From Candidatus Buchananbacteria bacterium (GTDB lineage: Bacteria > Patescibacteriota > Patescibacteriia > CAIXNZ01): a DNA stretch of 64,000 nt. How positions within the stretch are numbered: position 1 is the stretch's first letter; the number at the start of each line of letters is the position of its first letter. The stretch lies in the NCBI GenBank assembly GCA_014729025.1, contig WJKP01000014.1, positions 543-64,542 on the forward strand, in the 5' to 3' direction. Under the pieces are notes generated by a model. The model saw nothing but the letters and a program-made list of their open reading frames with translations. It was not told the origin of the DNA and did not search any database. Both the position numbers and the translations under genes were made by a program. Positions 20,451 through 29,774 of this stretch are shown here, one piece after another.

Positions 20451-22517
20451 TTATTCTAAATGAGCAATTATTTTAATTTGCTCTAATTTATTTTTCAATA
20501 AAGGAAAATTTTTAAAATTATTTTTATCAAAAAATTCCTCAGCTTCTTTTTTAGTCAAATTAATCAAATCCAAATCAGTTAAACTGGCTATTTTTAAATC
20601 CGGCATGCCTGATTGCCTGGTACCATAAACTTCACCAGGTCCGCGAAATTTTAAATCATATTCAGCCAAAGCAAAACCGTCAGCTGACTTAACCAAAGCT
20701 GATAGTCTTTCAGTAGTTTTGTTATTATAATTATCAGTAAACAAAAAACAATAAGATTGATACCCCCCCCTGCCCACTCGACCGCGAAACTGGTGTAATT
20801 GCGCCAAACCAAAACGATCAGCTCCCTCAATCATCATAATAGTGGCATTCGGTATATCAATCCCCACTTCAACTACAGATGTTGAAACTAAAATATTTAT
20901 TTTATTATTTTTAAAATCAAGCATGATTGATTCTTTTTCCTGAGCTTTTAATTTACCATGCAAAAGCCCGATATTGAATTCGGGAAAAATAAATTTATCC
21001 AGCTTTTTAAATTCTTGCTTAACTGATTTAACACCTAATTTATCAGATTCATCAATTAAAGGGCAAATAACAAAAACTTGCCGGCCGTTTTGAATTTCTT
21101 GCCGAATAAACTGATAGGCTTGATTTCTATTTTTTTCAGCAACCAGCTTGGTAATTATTTTTTTACGGCCCAGAGGCATTTGCTTAATCATTGATAATTC
21201 CAAATCACCGTATAAAATCAAGGCTAAAGAGCGCGGTATCGGCGTAGCCGTCATAGAAAGAAAATGAGGAGCTGTTTTATTTAAATTCTTTTCTTTTAAT
21301 TTTTTTCGCTGTTCTACGCCAAAACGATGCTGTTCATCAATAATAACCATGCCTAAATTATTATATTGCAAATCATCCTGAATCAAGGCATGCGTGCCAA
21401 TAATTAAATCCGCCTCACCGTTTTTTATTATTTCTTGAAATTCATCTTTTTTTATTTTTGCTTGGTTATTTAAAATACGCTCGCTACCAGTAAGCAAAAT
21501 AATATTAAAATTAAAATTTTGAAAAAATTTATTTAATGTAATAAAATGCTGTTTAGCCAAAATTTCAGTTGGTGCCATCAAAACAGCCTGTTTCTTATTT
21601 AAAATAACATTTAACATAGCCAGTGCAGCAATCACTGTTTTACCTGAACCCACATCTCCTTCCAATAATCTATTCATTGGTTTGGCTTTTTCCAAATCCA
21701 AAAAAATTTGCCAAGCAGCTTTTTTTTGATCAGCTGTTAATTCAAAAGGTAAAAATTTAACAAAATCAACAATCTCTTTTTCTTTAAATTTAATTTTAGC
21801 CGCCTTATTTCTAGCCAAATAACGCCTAGATAATTGATTATTAGCTTGAATTAAAAAAAGCTCATTAAATTTCAAACGATAAAGAGCTTGCTCTAAAACT
21901 TTAAAATTTTGAGGGAAATGAATTATTGATAAAGCTTGGCTTAAAGATAACAAATTATGTTTTTCTTTAATCTGATTAGGCAACCAATCTTTTATTAATT
22001 TAACTGATTTTAAGGCTTGATTAATTAAAAAACGTATTTGTTTTTGTGTTAAACGACCGGTTACAGAATAAACCGGAATAATTTTTGCGGTATTTAAATT
22101 TTGGCCTTTTTTAGCTTTTTCATAAGCAGGAGAAACAAATTGCAAACCTAAATTATCAAACTCAACTCGGCCTGAAATAAATACTTGATCTCCTGTTTTT
22201 AAATTTTTTATTAAAAATGGCTGATTAAACCAAATAATTTTAATTGAACCGGTTTCATCTTCAATCAAGGCTTCTGTAATAGTTATTTTTTTTCTAAAAC
22301 TACGGCGATTATTAATTAAAATGATTTTACCTTTAACCGTAACTGTTTGATTGGGCAATAATTGATTGATTTTTATAATTTGGCTAAAATCATCATAACG
22401 AAAAGGAAAATAATAAATCAAATCAAAAACAGTATTAATACCGATTTTATTTAAAAGTCGAGCGGTTGTCTTACCAACACTGGTTAATTTTTCAATTGAT
22501 GTCTCTAAATCATACAT
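20451..22517 (-). CDS. recG: ATP-dependent DNA helicase RecG
   Basis: GDVGSGKT, DEQHRFG, MTATPIPR, QFRGRVGR. Start moved to MYDLET (22517) because the track start overlaps a tRNA. Confidence 0.97.
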   Translation of the reverse strand: MYDLETSIEKLTSVGKTTARLLNKIGINTVFDLIYYFPFRYDDFSQIIKINQLLPNQTVTVKGKIILINNRRSFRKKITITEALIEDETGSIKIIWFNQPFLIKNLKTGDQVFISGRVEFDNLGLQFVSPAYEKAKKGQNLNTAKIIPVYSVTGRLTQKQIRFLINQALKSVKLIKDWLPNQIKEKHNLLSLSQALSIIHFPQNFKVLEQALYRLKFNELFLIQANNQLSRRYLARNKAAKIKFKEKEIVDFVKFLPFELTADQKKAAWQIFLDLEKAKPMNRLLEGDVGSGKTVIAALAMLNVILNKKQAVLMAPTEILAKQHFITLNKFFQNFNFNIILLTGSERILNNQAKIKKDEFQEIIKNGEADLIIGTHALIQDDLQYNNLGMVIIDEQHRFGVEQRKKLKEKNLNKTAPHFLSMTATPIPRSLALILYGDLELSMIKQMPLGRKKIITKLVAEKNRNQAYQFIRQEIQNGRQVFVICPLIDESDKLGVKSVKQEFKKLDKFIFPEFNIGLLHGKLKAQEKESIMLDFKNNKINILVSTSVVEVGIDIPNATIMMIEGADRFGLAQLHQFRGRVGRGGYQSYCFLFTDNYNNKTTERLSALVKSADGFALAEYDLKFRGPGEVYGTRQSGMPDLKIASLTDLDLINLTKKEAEEFFDKNNFKNFPLLKNKLEQIKIIAHLE

Positions 22518-22527
22518 ATAATTGGGA

Positions 22528-22599
22528 TGCCCCCGGCAGGAATCGAACCTGCATCGCGAGATCCGCAATCTCGTGTTCTATCCGTTGAACTACAGGGAC
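22528..22599 (-). tRNA. tRNA-Arg, anticodon GCG
   Basis: GTCCCTG/CGGGGGC acceptor stem, anticodon arm CGAGA-TTGCGGA-TCTCG, T-arm GGTTCGATTCC; CCA not encoded. Confidence 0.93.
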
Positions 22600-22618
22600 T
22601 AAGTAATTTTTAAATTAA

Positions 22619-22646
22619 TAAAGGAGATAAAAAATATCTCCCTTTA
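22619..22646 (-). terminator. Hairpin between the membrane-protein gene and tRNA-Arg
   Basis: TAAAGGAGATA-AAAAA-TATCTCCCTTTA. Confidence 0.45.
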
Positions 22647-22670
22647 TTTAAAATCTAAATTTTATAATTA

Positions 22671-23168
22671 TTATAATTTTAAAATAGTCTCCAGCTGATC
22701 ATCTAAAGACTGATTTTCTCTATCCAAGTCTTCATCAATATAATCTAATAATTTTTCACGAATAACTAAAGGGTTCATATCATCCAAAGGTACGGAAAAA
22801 TCAGGCGAAAAACCTTTTAAGGTGAAAAATATTTTCTTAACTTCCGGCGGATCATAAATAAAATAAAAATTTTTAATATTACGATAATTGAAAAATTGGT
22901 TGCCTAATAATATACCGTCTTCTGTTATTTTAAATTTCAGGTTTCTCGGCTTAACATAAATTCTTAAAAAAAGAATAAATACAAATAAAATAATAATCAA
23001 AGCAAACAGAAAATTTTCAGTAAATATGCTATAAATAATAAAAACACCGACTAAAAAAAATGTAGCTGCATACCAAAGATAGCTCCTGGTATGTTCAGGA
23101 AATTCCGGAACTTCCCATTCAAAAAAAGTTTCACCAAAATCTTTTTCTGCCATATTTTTTTGGGCCAT
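22671..23168 (-). CDS. Two-TM membrane protein with small PH-like C-terminal domain
   Basis: FEWEVPEF N-terminus, two TM helices, ITEDGILLG. Confidence 0.7.
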   Translation of the reverse strand: MAQKNMAEKDFGETFFEWEVPEFPEHTRSYLWYAATFFLVGVFIIYSIFTENFLFALIIILFVFILFLRIYVKPRNLKFKITEDGILLGNQFFNYRNIKNFYFIYDPPEVKKIFFTLKGFSPDFSVPLDDMNPLVIREKLLDYIDEDLDRENQSLDDQLETILKL

Positions 23169-23239
23169 AATAATTTATTTAAGTATTATTAATTATATTA
23201 TAACGTAATAATCAATGAATTTCAAGTATTTATTAACAG

Positions 23240-23268
23240 TTGACATTTTCTCTAAACTAAGCTAAAAT
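23240..23268 (+). promoter_or_regulatory. Sigma70 promoter of the tRNA-Ser pair
   Basis: TTGACA, 17 nt spacer, TAAAAT. Confidence 0.75.
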
Positions 23269-23285
23269 ATAGGTTAAGAAACCCA

Positions 23286-23376
23286 GGAGAGGTACCCAAG
23301 TGGTTGAAGGGGCGGGTTTGCTAAACCTGTAGGTCGGTTTTATGCCGGCGCGGGGGTTCGAATCCCCCCCTCTCCG
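23286..23376 (+). tRNA. tRNA-Ser, anticodon GCT
   Basis: GGAGAGG/CCTCTCC acceptor stem, CGGGT-TTGCTAA-ACCTG anticodon arm, long variable arm, GGTTCGAATCC. Confidence 0.95.
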
Positions 23377-23480
23377 CCCGAACCAGAACCATTAATTTTA
23401 AAATTGGAAAAGATAAAAAAAAATATATATTGGATATACTGCAAATTTAGAAAATCGATTCCAACAACATATTTTATCAT

Positions 23481-23567
23481 GGAGAGGTGGCAGAGTGGAC
23501 GAATGCACCGGTCTTGAAAACCGGAGCCCCGGCAACGGGGCCGAGGGTTCGAATCCCTCCCTCTCCG
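23481..23567 (+). tRNA. tRNA-Ser, anticodon TGA
   Basis: GGAGAGG/CCTCTCC acceptor stem, CCGGT-CTTGAAA-ACCGG anticodon arm, long variable arm. Confidence 0.95.
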
Positions 23568-23570
23568 CAG

Positions 23571-23606
23571 GAAAAATTTTAGCACTTTTGTGGTGAAATT
23601 TTTTCT
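23571..23606 (+). terminator. Probable terminator after the tRNA-Ser genes
   Basis: AAAAATTTTAGCAC-TTTT-GTGGTGAAATTTTT imperfect hairpin. Confidence 0.45.
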
Positions 23607-23691
23607 TATGTGGAGTAGAAAGGCTGCAGAATCCTCCTCCGTTAAGCCATCGGGCATATTTTTAAATCCAATCCTCTCAGCATAAAAAGTA

Positions 23692-24411
23692 TTAATCCTC
23701 TCTTTGGGCTATTACTAAACCATAAATTTCACTAAAACCTTTTTGTTCTAAAGCTTGAGCTGATTCAATTAAGGTACTGCCAGTTGTTACAACATCATCA
23801 ATTAATAAAATTTTTTTATTTTTTATTGATTCCTGATTATTAAAAATAAAGGCATTTTTAAGATTGGTTTGTCTTTCTTGCCGATTCAAATTAACCTGGC
23901 TCATGGTATTAATTTGCCTAATTAATAAATTTCGTGTAGGGATTTTATAATATACACTTAATTTTTGGGCCAAAAGCTCACTTTGGTTAAAGCCTCTGGC
24001 CAAATAACGCTTTTTATGCAAAGGCACGGGACAAATTATAGTATTATCAAAATTAATTTGAAAAATTTTTAAAATATTATTGGCTTTAAGATACCGAATT
24101 ATCAGATCTCCCAAATAATCGCTAATTTCCTCAACAAAATTATATTTTAAATTATGCAATAAATTTTGCAATATTTGATTATTATAATCAGCTACAACAA
24201 AAACAGCTTTTAAAGCTGTCTTTTTTTTACAATTTTCGCAAATTTGACTATGGTTCGTTTGTTTTTTACATAAAACACAATAAAATTGTTTGTTTAATTC
24301 CAAACGTTTAAAACAAGTGTGGCATAAATAAGTTTCTTCCAAGCCACAACTAATGCATTCTTTAGGAAAAATTAAATCAATAAACCAATCTTTCAATTTT
24401 AATATATCCAT
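23692..24411 (-). CDS. comF: ComF family competence protein (double zinc ribbon + PRTase)
   Basis: Four CxxC pairs, PVPLH...RGFNQS, LLIDDVVTTGST. Confidence 0.95.
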   Translation of the reverse strand: MDILKLKDWFIDLIFPKECISCGLEETYLCHTCFKRLELNKQFYCVLCKKQTNHSQICENCKKKTALKAVFVVADYNNQILQNLLHNLKYNFVEEISDYLGDLIIRYLKANNILKIFQINFDNTIICPVPLHKKRYLARGFNQSELLAQKLSVYYKIPTRNLLIRQINTMSQVNLNRQERQTNLKNAFIFNNQESIKNKKILLIDDVVTTGSTLIESAQALEQKGFSEIYGLVIAQRED

Positions 24412-24449
24412 ATTCCCAATAACTAATTACCAGTGACTAATGACTCAAA

Positions 24450-25118
24450 TTATTGCCAATAAGCACCGTCTACTTTCCATTCGTCATCAATTTTAACAAA
24501 TGATAATAAAATATCCTGATAAAATACATCGGGATTATTTATATCATTATTAAATTCCTGCCTTTGTGTTTTTACAATGACTTCTGCTTCACCGGCTTCT
24601 TCATCCAAATTTTCCACTTGTTTTGATATAGCTTTAGTTTCAATCGCATAATAAGTATTAAAATCAGGATTTTGTTGCCTTAAATTTTCTTTATAAGTAT
24701 TATTAACCCAATCAGTCATTGATTCAGTCATAAAAACTGATAAATCATCCAAATTAGCATAATTACTCTGATTAGAATAACTGCCAAATCTTTCGGCAAA
24801 TGCTTCGGCTATTAATAAAACGCTTACTTGCTCGGCTTGATTAACTTCCTCAACTTCACCATTTAAAGCCTCCGAATCAGACAAAACCGTCGCATTGGTA
24901 TTATTAAAATTAGTTAAATCAGGTAAAGGCTGATCAGGCAAAGCAGCTGGCTGATTTGTGTTGGCATTTAAATTTGTTTGTGGCGGTGCTTGATCAACAT
25001 TAAAATAAGTTAATAATAAATAAATAATAGCAGCAATAATCAAAAGTAATAATAAAATTACCGCCAAAATAATGATTTTCTTTATTTTTTTTGCTCGTTC
25101 TTTTGACTGTTCAGCCAT
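24450..25118 (-). CDS. Bitopic membrane protein with NTF2-like extracellular domain (candidate VirB8/TcpC-like)
   Basis: N-terminal TM, low-complexity linker, AEAFAERFGSYS helix, C-terminal FVKIDDEWKVD; directly downstream of VirB4. Confidence 0.55.
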   Translation of the reverse strand: MAEQSKERAKKIKKIIILAVILLLLLIIAAIIYLLLTYFNVDQAPPQTNLNANTNQPAALPDQPLPDLTNFNNTNATVLSDSEALNGEVEEVNQAEQVSVLLIAEAFAERFGSYSNQSNYANLDDLSVFMTESMTDWVNNTYKENLRQQNPDFNTYYAIETKAISKQVENLDEEAGEAEVIVKTQRQEFNNDINNPDVFYQDILLSFVKIDDEWKVDGAYWQ

Positions 25119-25154
25119 ATAATTTTATTACTTAATAATAAATTTTATAATAAA

Positions 25155-27101
25155 TTAAATATCAATTTCTTCCACTCCACCGCCTGTTTTAGGCGGAGTT
25201 TTGGGTTGACTTTCAGCAGATTCAGCTACAGCACCGCCTGATTCTTCTTCAAATTCCCTTTTTGAAGCTTCAATCTCTAATAATTGTTTGGGGTCAGTCG
25301 TAATCAATTGATCTTCACTGTATGAAGCCACTATTTTAATTGCCGCATGCTTTCTACCGGCAAAAAAGATACCTTCACCAACACCACATTCCAAAAGTAA
25401 GTATTTCTCGCCTTCAGTCAATAAAAATACTTTTTGAATATTATCAATCGCTGCAGGTGATTGCTTTAATAGTAATTGCAAAGCTGAATTGGTTACAATT
25501 GCGCGGCCATAAGGACTGTTCAAAAAATCATTTACATCCTGGGTAATAGTAGTTACACCTAAATAATATTTTCTACATCTTTTTACTAAAGCATAAATAA
25601 ATTTTGCTGAATCTTCATGTGTCATTAACCACCAAGCTTCATCAATTACTAAAATTCTTTTCTTTACTTGAGAACGTACTACATTCCAAATATAAGTTAC
25701 GATCGTATATATAGCTATTGGCCTTAATTCATCTTCCAAATCTCTAACGCTAAAACAAACCAACTGATTTCTCATATCAACATTAGTCGGCTGATTAAAT
25801 AAGCCGGAAAAAGTCCCTTCAGTATATTTTCTTAAACGTAAACTCAAATCTTCAGCACCTTCCATGCCTTCCAAAATATTCTGCAAATCCTGCATAATTG
25901 GCGGTTCAATTTTTGCTAAATCAGCTTGTGGCGTAATATCTTTTGAAGCATAAGTTTCTATTAAAGCACGATCCAAAATTGAATCTTCTTCGGTTGTTAA
26001 ATCACCGAGCATTAAACGTAACAAACCTTTTAAAGAAATTACACTGCTTCTAATAATATCTTCTGCGCTGGCATCGCCAACTCCTCTTGGCAAATCAAAC
26101 GGATTAATTTTTTCTTTTGACGCCAAAGAAATATTAACATAAGTTCCGCCAACTGCTTCGGATAAATGCGCGTATTCTCTTTCGGGATCAATAATAATTA
26201 CATCTGTACCTAGCATCATACTTCTTAAAACTTCCAATTTTACGGCGTAACTTTTACCGGCGCCCGAGGTAGCAAAAACAACATAATTGGCATTTTGCAA
26301 TGAAAATCTTTCAAATATAATTAAACTGTTATTATGCCTGTTTACACCGTATAAAATCCCCTCATCAGAAGTTAATTCTGATGAAATAAACGGAAAAGAA
26401 GAAGCAACCGGTGAAGTATTCATGTTAAAAGAAATTAAAAGCTCGTCATTAGCTAACGGAATAGTTGAATTTAAACCTTGTTCTGCCTGATATAAAACTT
26501 TTTTAGTATAAATTAGTTTGCCACCAAAAATTGATTCTACTTCTGAAGTCAACTCGTCTAAATCTTCTTCATTGTTGGCATAAATAGTTGTATATAATGC
26601 AAACTGAAAAAATCTTTCTATCCCTTGGGTTAAATCATCTCTTAATTTTTCAATATCTCGTAAAGCTGTTTCCAAAATAGGATCACGTGGCGCGCCTTTT
26701 TCAATATCTGACATTAATTGAGCCTGTAAATTACCCACCCGTTTTTTTAATTGTTTTAAAATTATTTCTGCTTTTACAGGATAAAAAAACATAGAAACAT
26801 CTAAGGTCTTGCTTAAACTAATTATTGGTGTAAACCAGCCAATAGTTATATAACGAGGATAATTTAAGACAAAAATAGTTCTAACATAAGTATCACCCAA
26901 AATAACATAAGTTGGTTTAACCTTAAAAGCAGCCGGCGCAATTAAATCTTTAACACTGACTTGTCCTTTACGATAAACTTTTTCTTCTTCTAAGGTAATC
27001 TCTTCTGCCTTAACGGCTGCTTCTGCGGATTTTTTTTGCTGATTTTTTTCTTCCTCCCCAGAAGATTGATTTTTTTGAGGTGTTGGTACTTCTAAAGCCA
27101 T
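25155..27101 (-). CDS. virB4: VirB4-like type IV secretion ATPase
   Basis: ATSGAGKS Walker A, IIIDPEREY, INPFD, LVIDEAW Walker B, RKYYLGVTTITQ. Confidence 0.88.
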   Translation of the reverse strand: MALEVPTPQKNQSSGEEEKNQQKKSAEAAVKAEEITLEEEKVYRKGQVSVKDLIAPAAFKVKPTYVILGDTYVRTIFVLNYPRYITIGWFTPIISLSKTLDVSMFFYPVKAEIILKQLKKRVGNLQAQLMSDIEKGAPRDPILETALRDIEKLRDDLTQGIERFFQFALYTTIYANNEEDLDELTSEVESIFGGKLIYTKKVLYQAEQGLNSTIPLANDELLISFNMNTSPVASSFPFISSELTSDEGILYGVNRHNNSLIIFERFSLQNANYVVFATSGAGKSYAVKLEVLRSMMLGTDVIIIDPEREYAHLSEAVGGTYVNISLASKEKINPFDLPRGVGDASAEDIIRSSVISLKGLLRLMLGDLTTEEDSILDRALIETYASKDITPQADLAKIEPPIMQDLQNILEGMEGAEDLSLRLRKYTEGTFSGLFNQPTNVDMRNQLVCFSVRDLEDELRPIAIYTIVTYIWNVVRSQVKKRILVIDEAWWLMTHEDSAKFIYALVKRCRKYYLGVTTITQDVNDFLNSPYGRAIVTNSALQLLLKQSPAAIDNIQKVFLLTEGEKYLLLECGVGEGIFFAGRKHAAIKIVASYSEDQLITTDPKQLLEIEASKREFEEESGGAVAESAESQPKTPPKTGGGVEEIDI

Positions 27102-27112
27102 ATTTTATAAAA

Positions 27113-27766
27113 TTATTGTTCTATACGAAGTTTATTAATATCGCGTAATTTTTGATTTTGGCTGGTTCTTGGATTATAAACATTATAATATAATTCAATC
27201 AGACTCTGAGTATCTAAAACAGCGGTTTCTAAACCCATGCCTCTTAAATTTGACTGAATATTATTGATTCTTAAGCGCAAATCCTCTTTATATTCTAAAA
27301 ATTTTTCTCTCTTAATTTTTATCAATTTACCAGGTGTAAATAATTCTTTTAATCTTGTCCAAAAACTTTTGGATTTATCACCTAAAGGATCATAAGGGAT
27401 TACAATAAAAAAGCTTTTAGTCATGATTTCGCCTATTTCAATTAATTCTTGGATATATTCTATATAACTGTTTATTTGTACTTTTAATAGGTCGTTAGTC
27501 TGTTTTTTTCTCGCTTCATTTAATCTTCTTAAATAACCTTCAATATCTAATTGCCTAGACTGAATAACTATTTGCATAGGATGATCTAATGAATTTAAAA
27601 ACTGCATATAACCGCTGATTAAAGCTTTTTGTTCATCTTCTGATTTTAATGCGAAATTAATACTGGAACATAAAATAACTGAACGTAAAGTACCGTCTTT
27701 TAAAATAACCACTCCTTCTCTGATTTCGGCAATATCCAAGTGTTTTTGGGTTGTATTTTTTGCCAT
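27113..27766 (-). CDS. T4SS-associated protein resembling a VirB4/TraC N-terminal region
   Basis: SSINFALKSEDEQ...FLNSL..P.QIVIQSR; lies between the PrgI-like gene and virB4. Confidence 0.7.
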   Translation of the reverse strand: MAKNTTQKHLDIAEIREGVVILKDGTLRSVILCSSINFALKSEDEQKALISGYMQFLNSLDHPMQIVIQSRQLDIEGYLRRLNEARKKQTNDLLKVQINSYIEYIQELIEIGEIMTKSFFIVIPYDPLGDKSKSFWTRLKELFTPGKLIKIKREKFLEYKEDLRLRINNIQSNLRGMGLETAVLDTQSLIELYYNVYNPRTSQNQKLRDINKLRIEQ

Positions 27767-27774
27767 AAATAAAA

Positions 27775-28206
27775 TTATTTAATTATTTCTTCTTCCCTAA
27801 AAGCACCGCCTGTATTAACAACCAAAGATAAAGAAGATAATTTATCACCGACCAAAGGTTCTTTGGGCGTAAATTTTTCTTCCTCTTTTTTTTCTTCTTT
27901 TTTGGGCAATTCAGTTATTTCTGTTTTACCCCATAGTCTTAAATTAGGTCTTTTTAAGGTCTGAACTAAATTTAAAAAGAAATAATGAAAAGGCATACCA
28001 TTGACTTTAAAAAAAGCTATCATGCCAAAAATTGCGGTTGTTAATAAAGCAACAATTATAAAAGTAGTAAAATAAAACATTTTATAAAAAATAAAATCCA
28101 ACATACCGGCCACCATCATAATAAAAAATTGCCGAGTCGTAATTGGACCAATAATTTTACTTTCAACATCAATAAATTGTGGTACTAAAAATTGATCAAA
28201 AGCCAT
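27775..28206 (-). CDS. PrgI family (VirB3-like) membrane protein
   Basis: VPQFIDVESKIIGPITTRQF then two TM helices. Confidence 0.85.
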   Translation of the reverse strand: MAFDQFLVPQFIDVESKIIGPITTRQFFIMMVAGMLDFIFYKMFYFTTFIIVALLTTAIFGMIAFFKVNGMPFHYFFLNLVQTLKRPNLRLWGKTEITELPKKEEKKEEEKFTPKEPLVGDKLSSLSLVVNTGGAFREEEIIK

Positions 28207-28209
28207 AAA

Positions 28210-29760
28210 TTAATATTTTAAATTTTTATTTAATTCCATTATTGATTTAAATTCTAATAATTCTAATTCATCTGTCTCTTCAATCACTTGTTCAAAAGAT
28301 TTACCTTGATTAATTGCCTTATTCATTATATCGGCATAAATTTTATAAAGCGGGCTTTTCTTCAAAGCTTTAATCCCCTCAACTTTTTTAACTAATGATT
28401 CATCTTCCAATAAATTAAGTTTTTCTTTTAATTTAGAAGTTGCTTCCTGGGGATCTTTGGATAAACGCCGAAAATCAGCGATTGTAAAAGACGCTAATTC
28501 TTCAATCGGACCGTATAACCTTGGGGTAAATTTAACATCTTCTACTTTTGGCCGGCCACCTTGTTTTTCTTGTTTTTTAAAAATCGGCTGCTGAGAAACT
28601 TGTTTGTCTGCTGGTGGCGTTTGCGATTCAGCTGGAGCTTGACTTGTTACCTCATTTTTTTTAATTGATTCTTTTTTTGCTACAGTAACTTGAGATTGTT
28701 TATCCTGCGCTATTCCTTTTTTAGCTTTTACTGAAGTAGGTGTATCTTGAATTGAGTTTGGTGCAAAATCAAAATCAGCAAACGGATCTTTTTCTTTAGC
28801 CGACAAATTGACGTTTTTTTCTATACCTGGCTCTTTTTTTTCTTCTTTAGCCGAATCTGACTGAGCTGCCATAGGCGGTGGCGGAGCTAACTCTTCATTT
28901 GTCTCTAAAAAATCTTCTTTATCTTCTATTTTATCAGCTAAATCCGCAGATTCTTCTTTTTTTTCAATAAACTCTTCTTTTTCTTTTAATTCCCGTTTAA
29001 TTGCTTCTTTATGAGCCAATTCTTCAAACTCGACGCCTTGATCTTTTAACAATTGATCAATAGTCACTTCTTCCCCGGTAGTTTTTTCAGGCTTTGTCTC
29101 CGGCTTAACTGGTTTTGATTCAACATCTATATTAGTTTCCTGTACAACATCGGATTTAGGCATAACAAATTCTTCTGGCAAACTTTTTTCATATTCGGCA
29201 ATAACTTCATTAATATCAACATCTTCTTTTTCCATTTCTTCTTTTTTAACTTCTAATAAATCCCGTAATTTATAAAAACTTTCTTCAGGCATACCAACTC
29301 CCCCAATTTTGTCTGAACGGGTCATTACTTCTTTTAATTCAGCAAAATCACGAACATCCTTTAACCAACTAACCAAAGCTTCTAAAAATCTTTGTCTGAT
29401 ATTATCATTTTTAATTTTAAATTCCGGCAACTTGGCTAATAATTCATCGGTCATTATTGGCGGACTGAATTTATTTGCAGTTTTATCTTGTAAATTTTTT
29501 TTGATCGGTTCTAATTTTTCTTGTTTATCAAGTATTGAGGTTTTTAAATCATACGCCAAATCACCGGCTTTATTAAAATCAAGCTCTAATTTATCGCTAA
29601 ATAATTCAATTAAATCAAGTGGTTGCACCTTACCTAAAATAGCGTCAATTAAAATCTCCAATACTTTATCTTTATTTTCTAATTCATAATCTTGTAGAAT
29701 TTTTTTTAAATCATTGCTCAAATCACCGAAATCTTCTATTTTAAATTTATTGTCAGTCAT
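28210..29760 (-). CDS. Hypothetical cytoplasmic protein of the T4SS-like locus
   Basis: 516 aa; helical ends with an acidic low-complexity middle; 3-14 nt gaps to neighbours. Confidence 0.7.
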   Translation of the reverse strand: MTDNKFKIEDFGDLSNDLKKILQDYELENKDKVLEILIDAILGKVQPLDLIELFSDKLELDFNKAGDLAYDLKTSILDKQEKLEPIKKNLQDKTANKFSPPIMTDELLAKLPEFKIKNDNIRQRFLEALVSWLKDVRDFAELKEVMTRSDKIGGVGMPEESFYKLRDLLEVKKEEMEKEDVDINEVIAEYEKSLPEEFVMPKSDVVQETNIDVESKPVKPETKPEKTTGEEVTIDQLLKDQGVEFEELAHKEAIKRELKEKEEFIEKKEESADLADKIEDKEDFLETNEELAPPPPMAAQSDSAKEEKKEPGIEKNVNLSAKEKDPFADFDFAPNSIQDTPTSVKAKKGIAQDKQSQVTVAKKESIKKNEVTSQAPAESQTPPADKQVSQQPIFKKQEKQGGRPKVEDVKFTPRLYGPIEELASFTIADFRRLSKDPQEATSKLKEKLNLLEDESLVKKVEGIKALKKSPLYKIYADIMNKAINQGKSFEQVIEETDELELLEFKSIMELNKNLKY

Positions 29761-29774
29761 AAAATATATTAATT

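Noticed and set aside
22518-22568. 17-aa N-terminal extension of RecG in the track
   Set aside because: It overlaps tRNA-Arg; the true start is more plausibly 22517.
23340-23657. 105-aa minus-strand ORF in the track
   Set aside because: It is the antisense of the two tRNA-Ser genes (RRGRDSNPR is a typical tRNA shadow).
23610-23660. GC-richer patch after the tRNA-Ser genes, faintly like an IS200/IS605 end or attachment scar
   Set aside because: No clean hairpin, no duplicated tRNA 3' end noticed and no transposase or integrase in the window.
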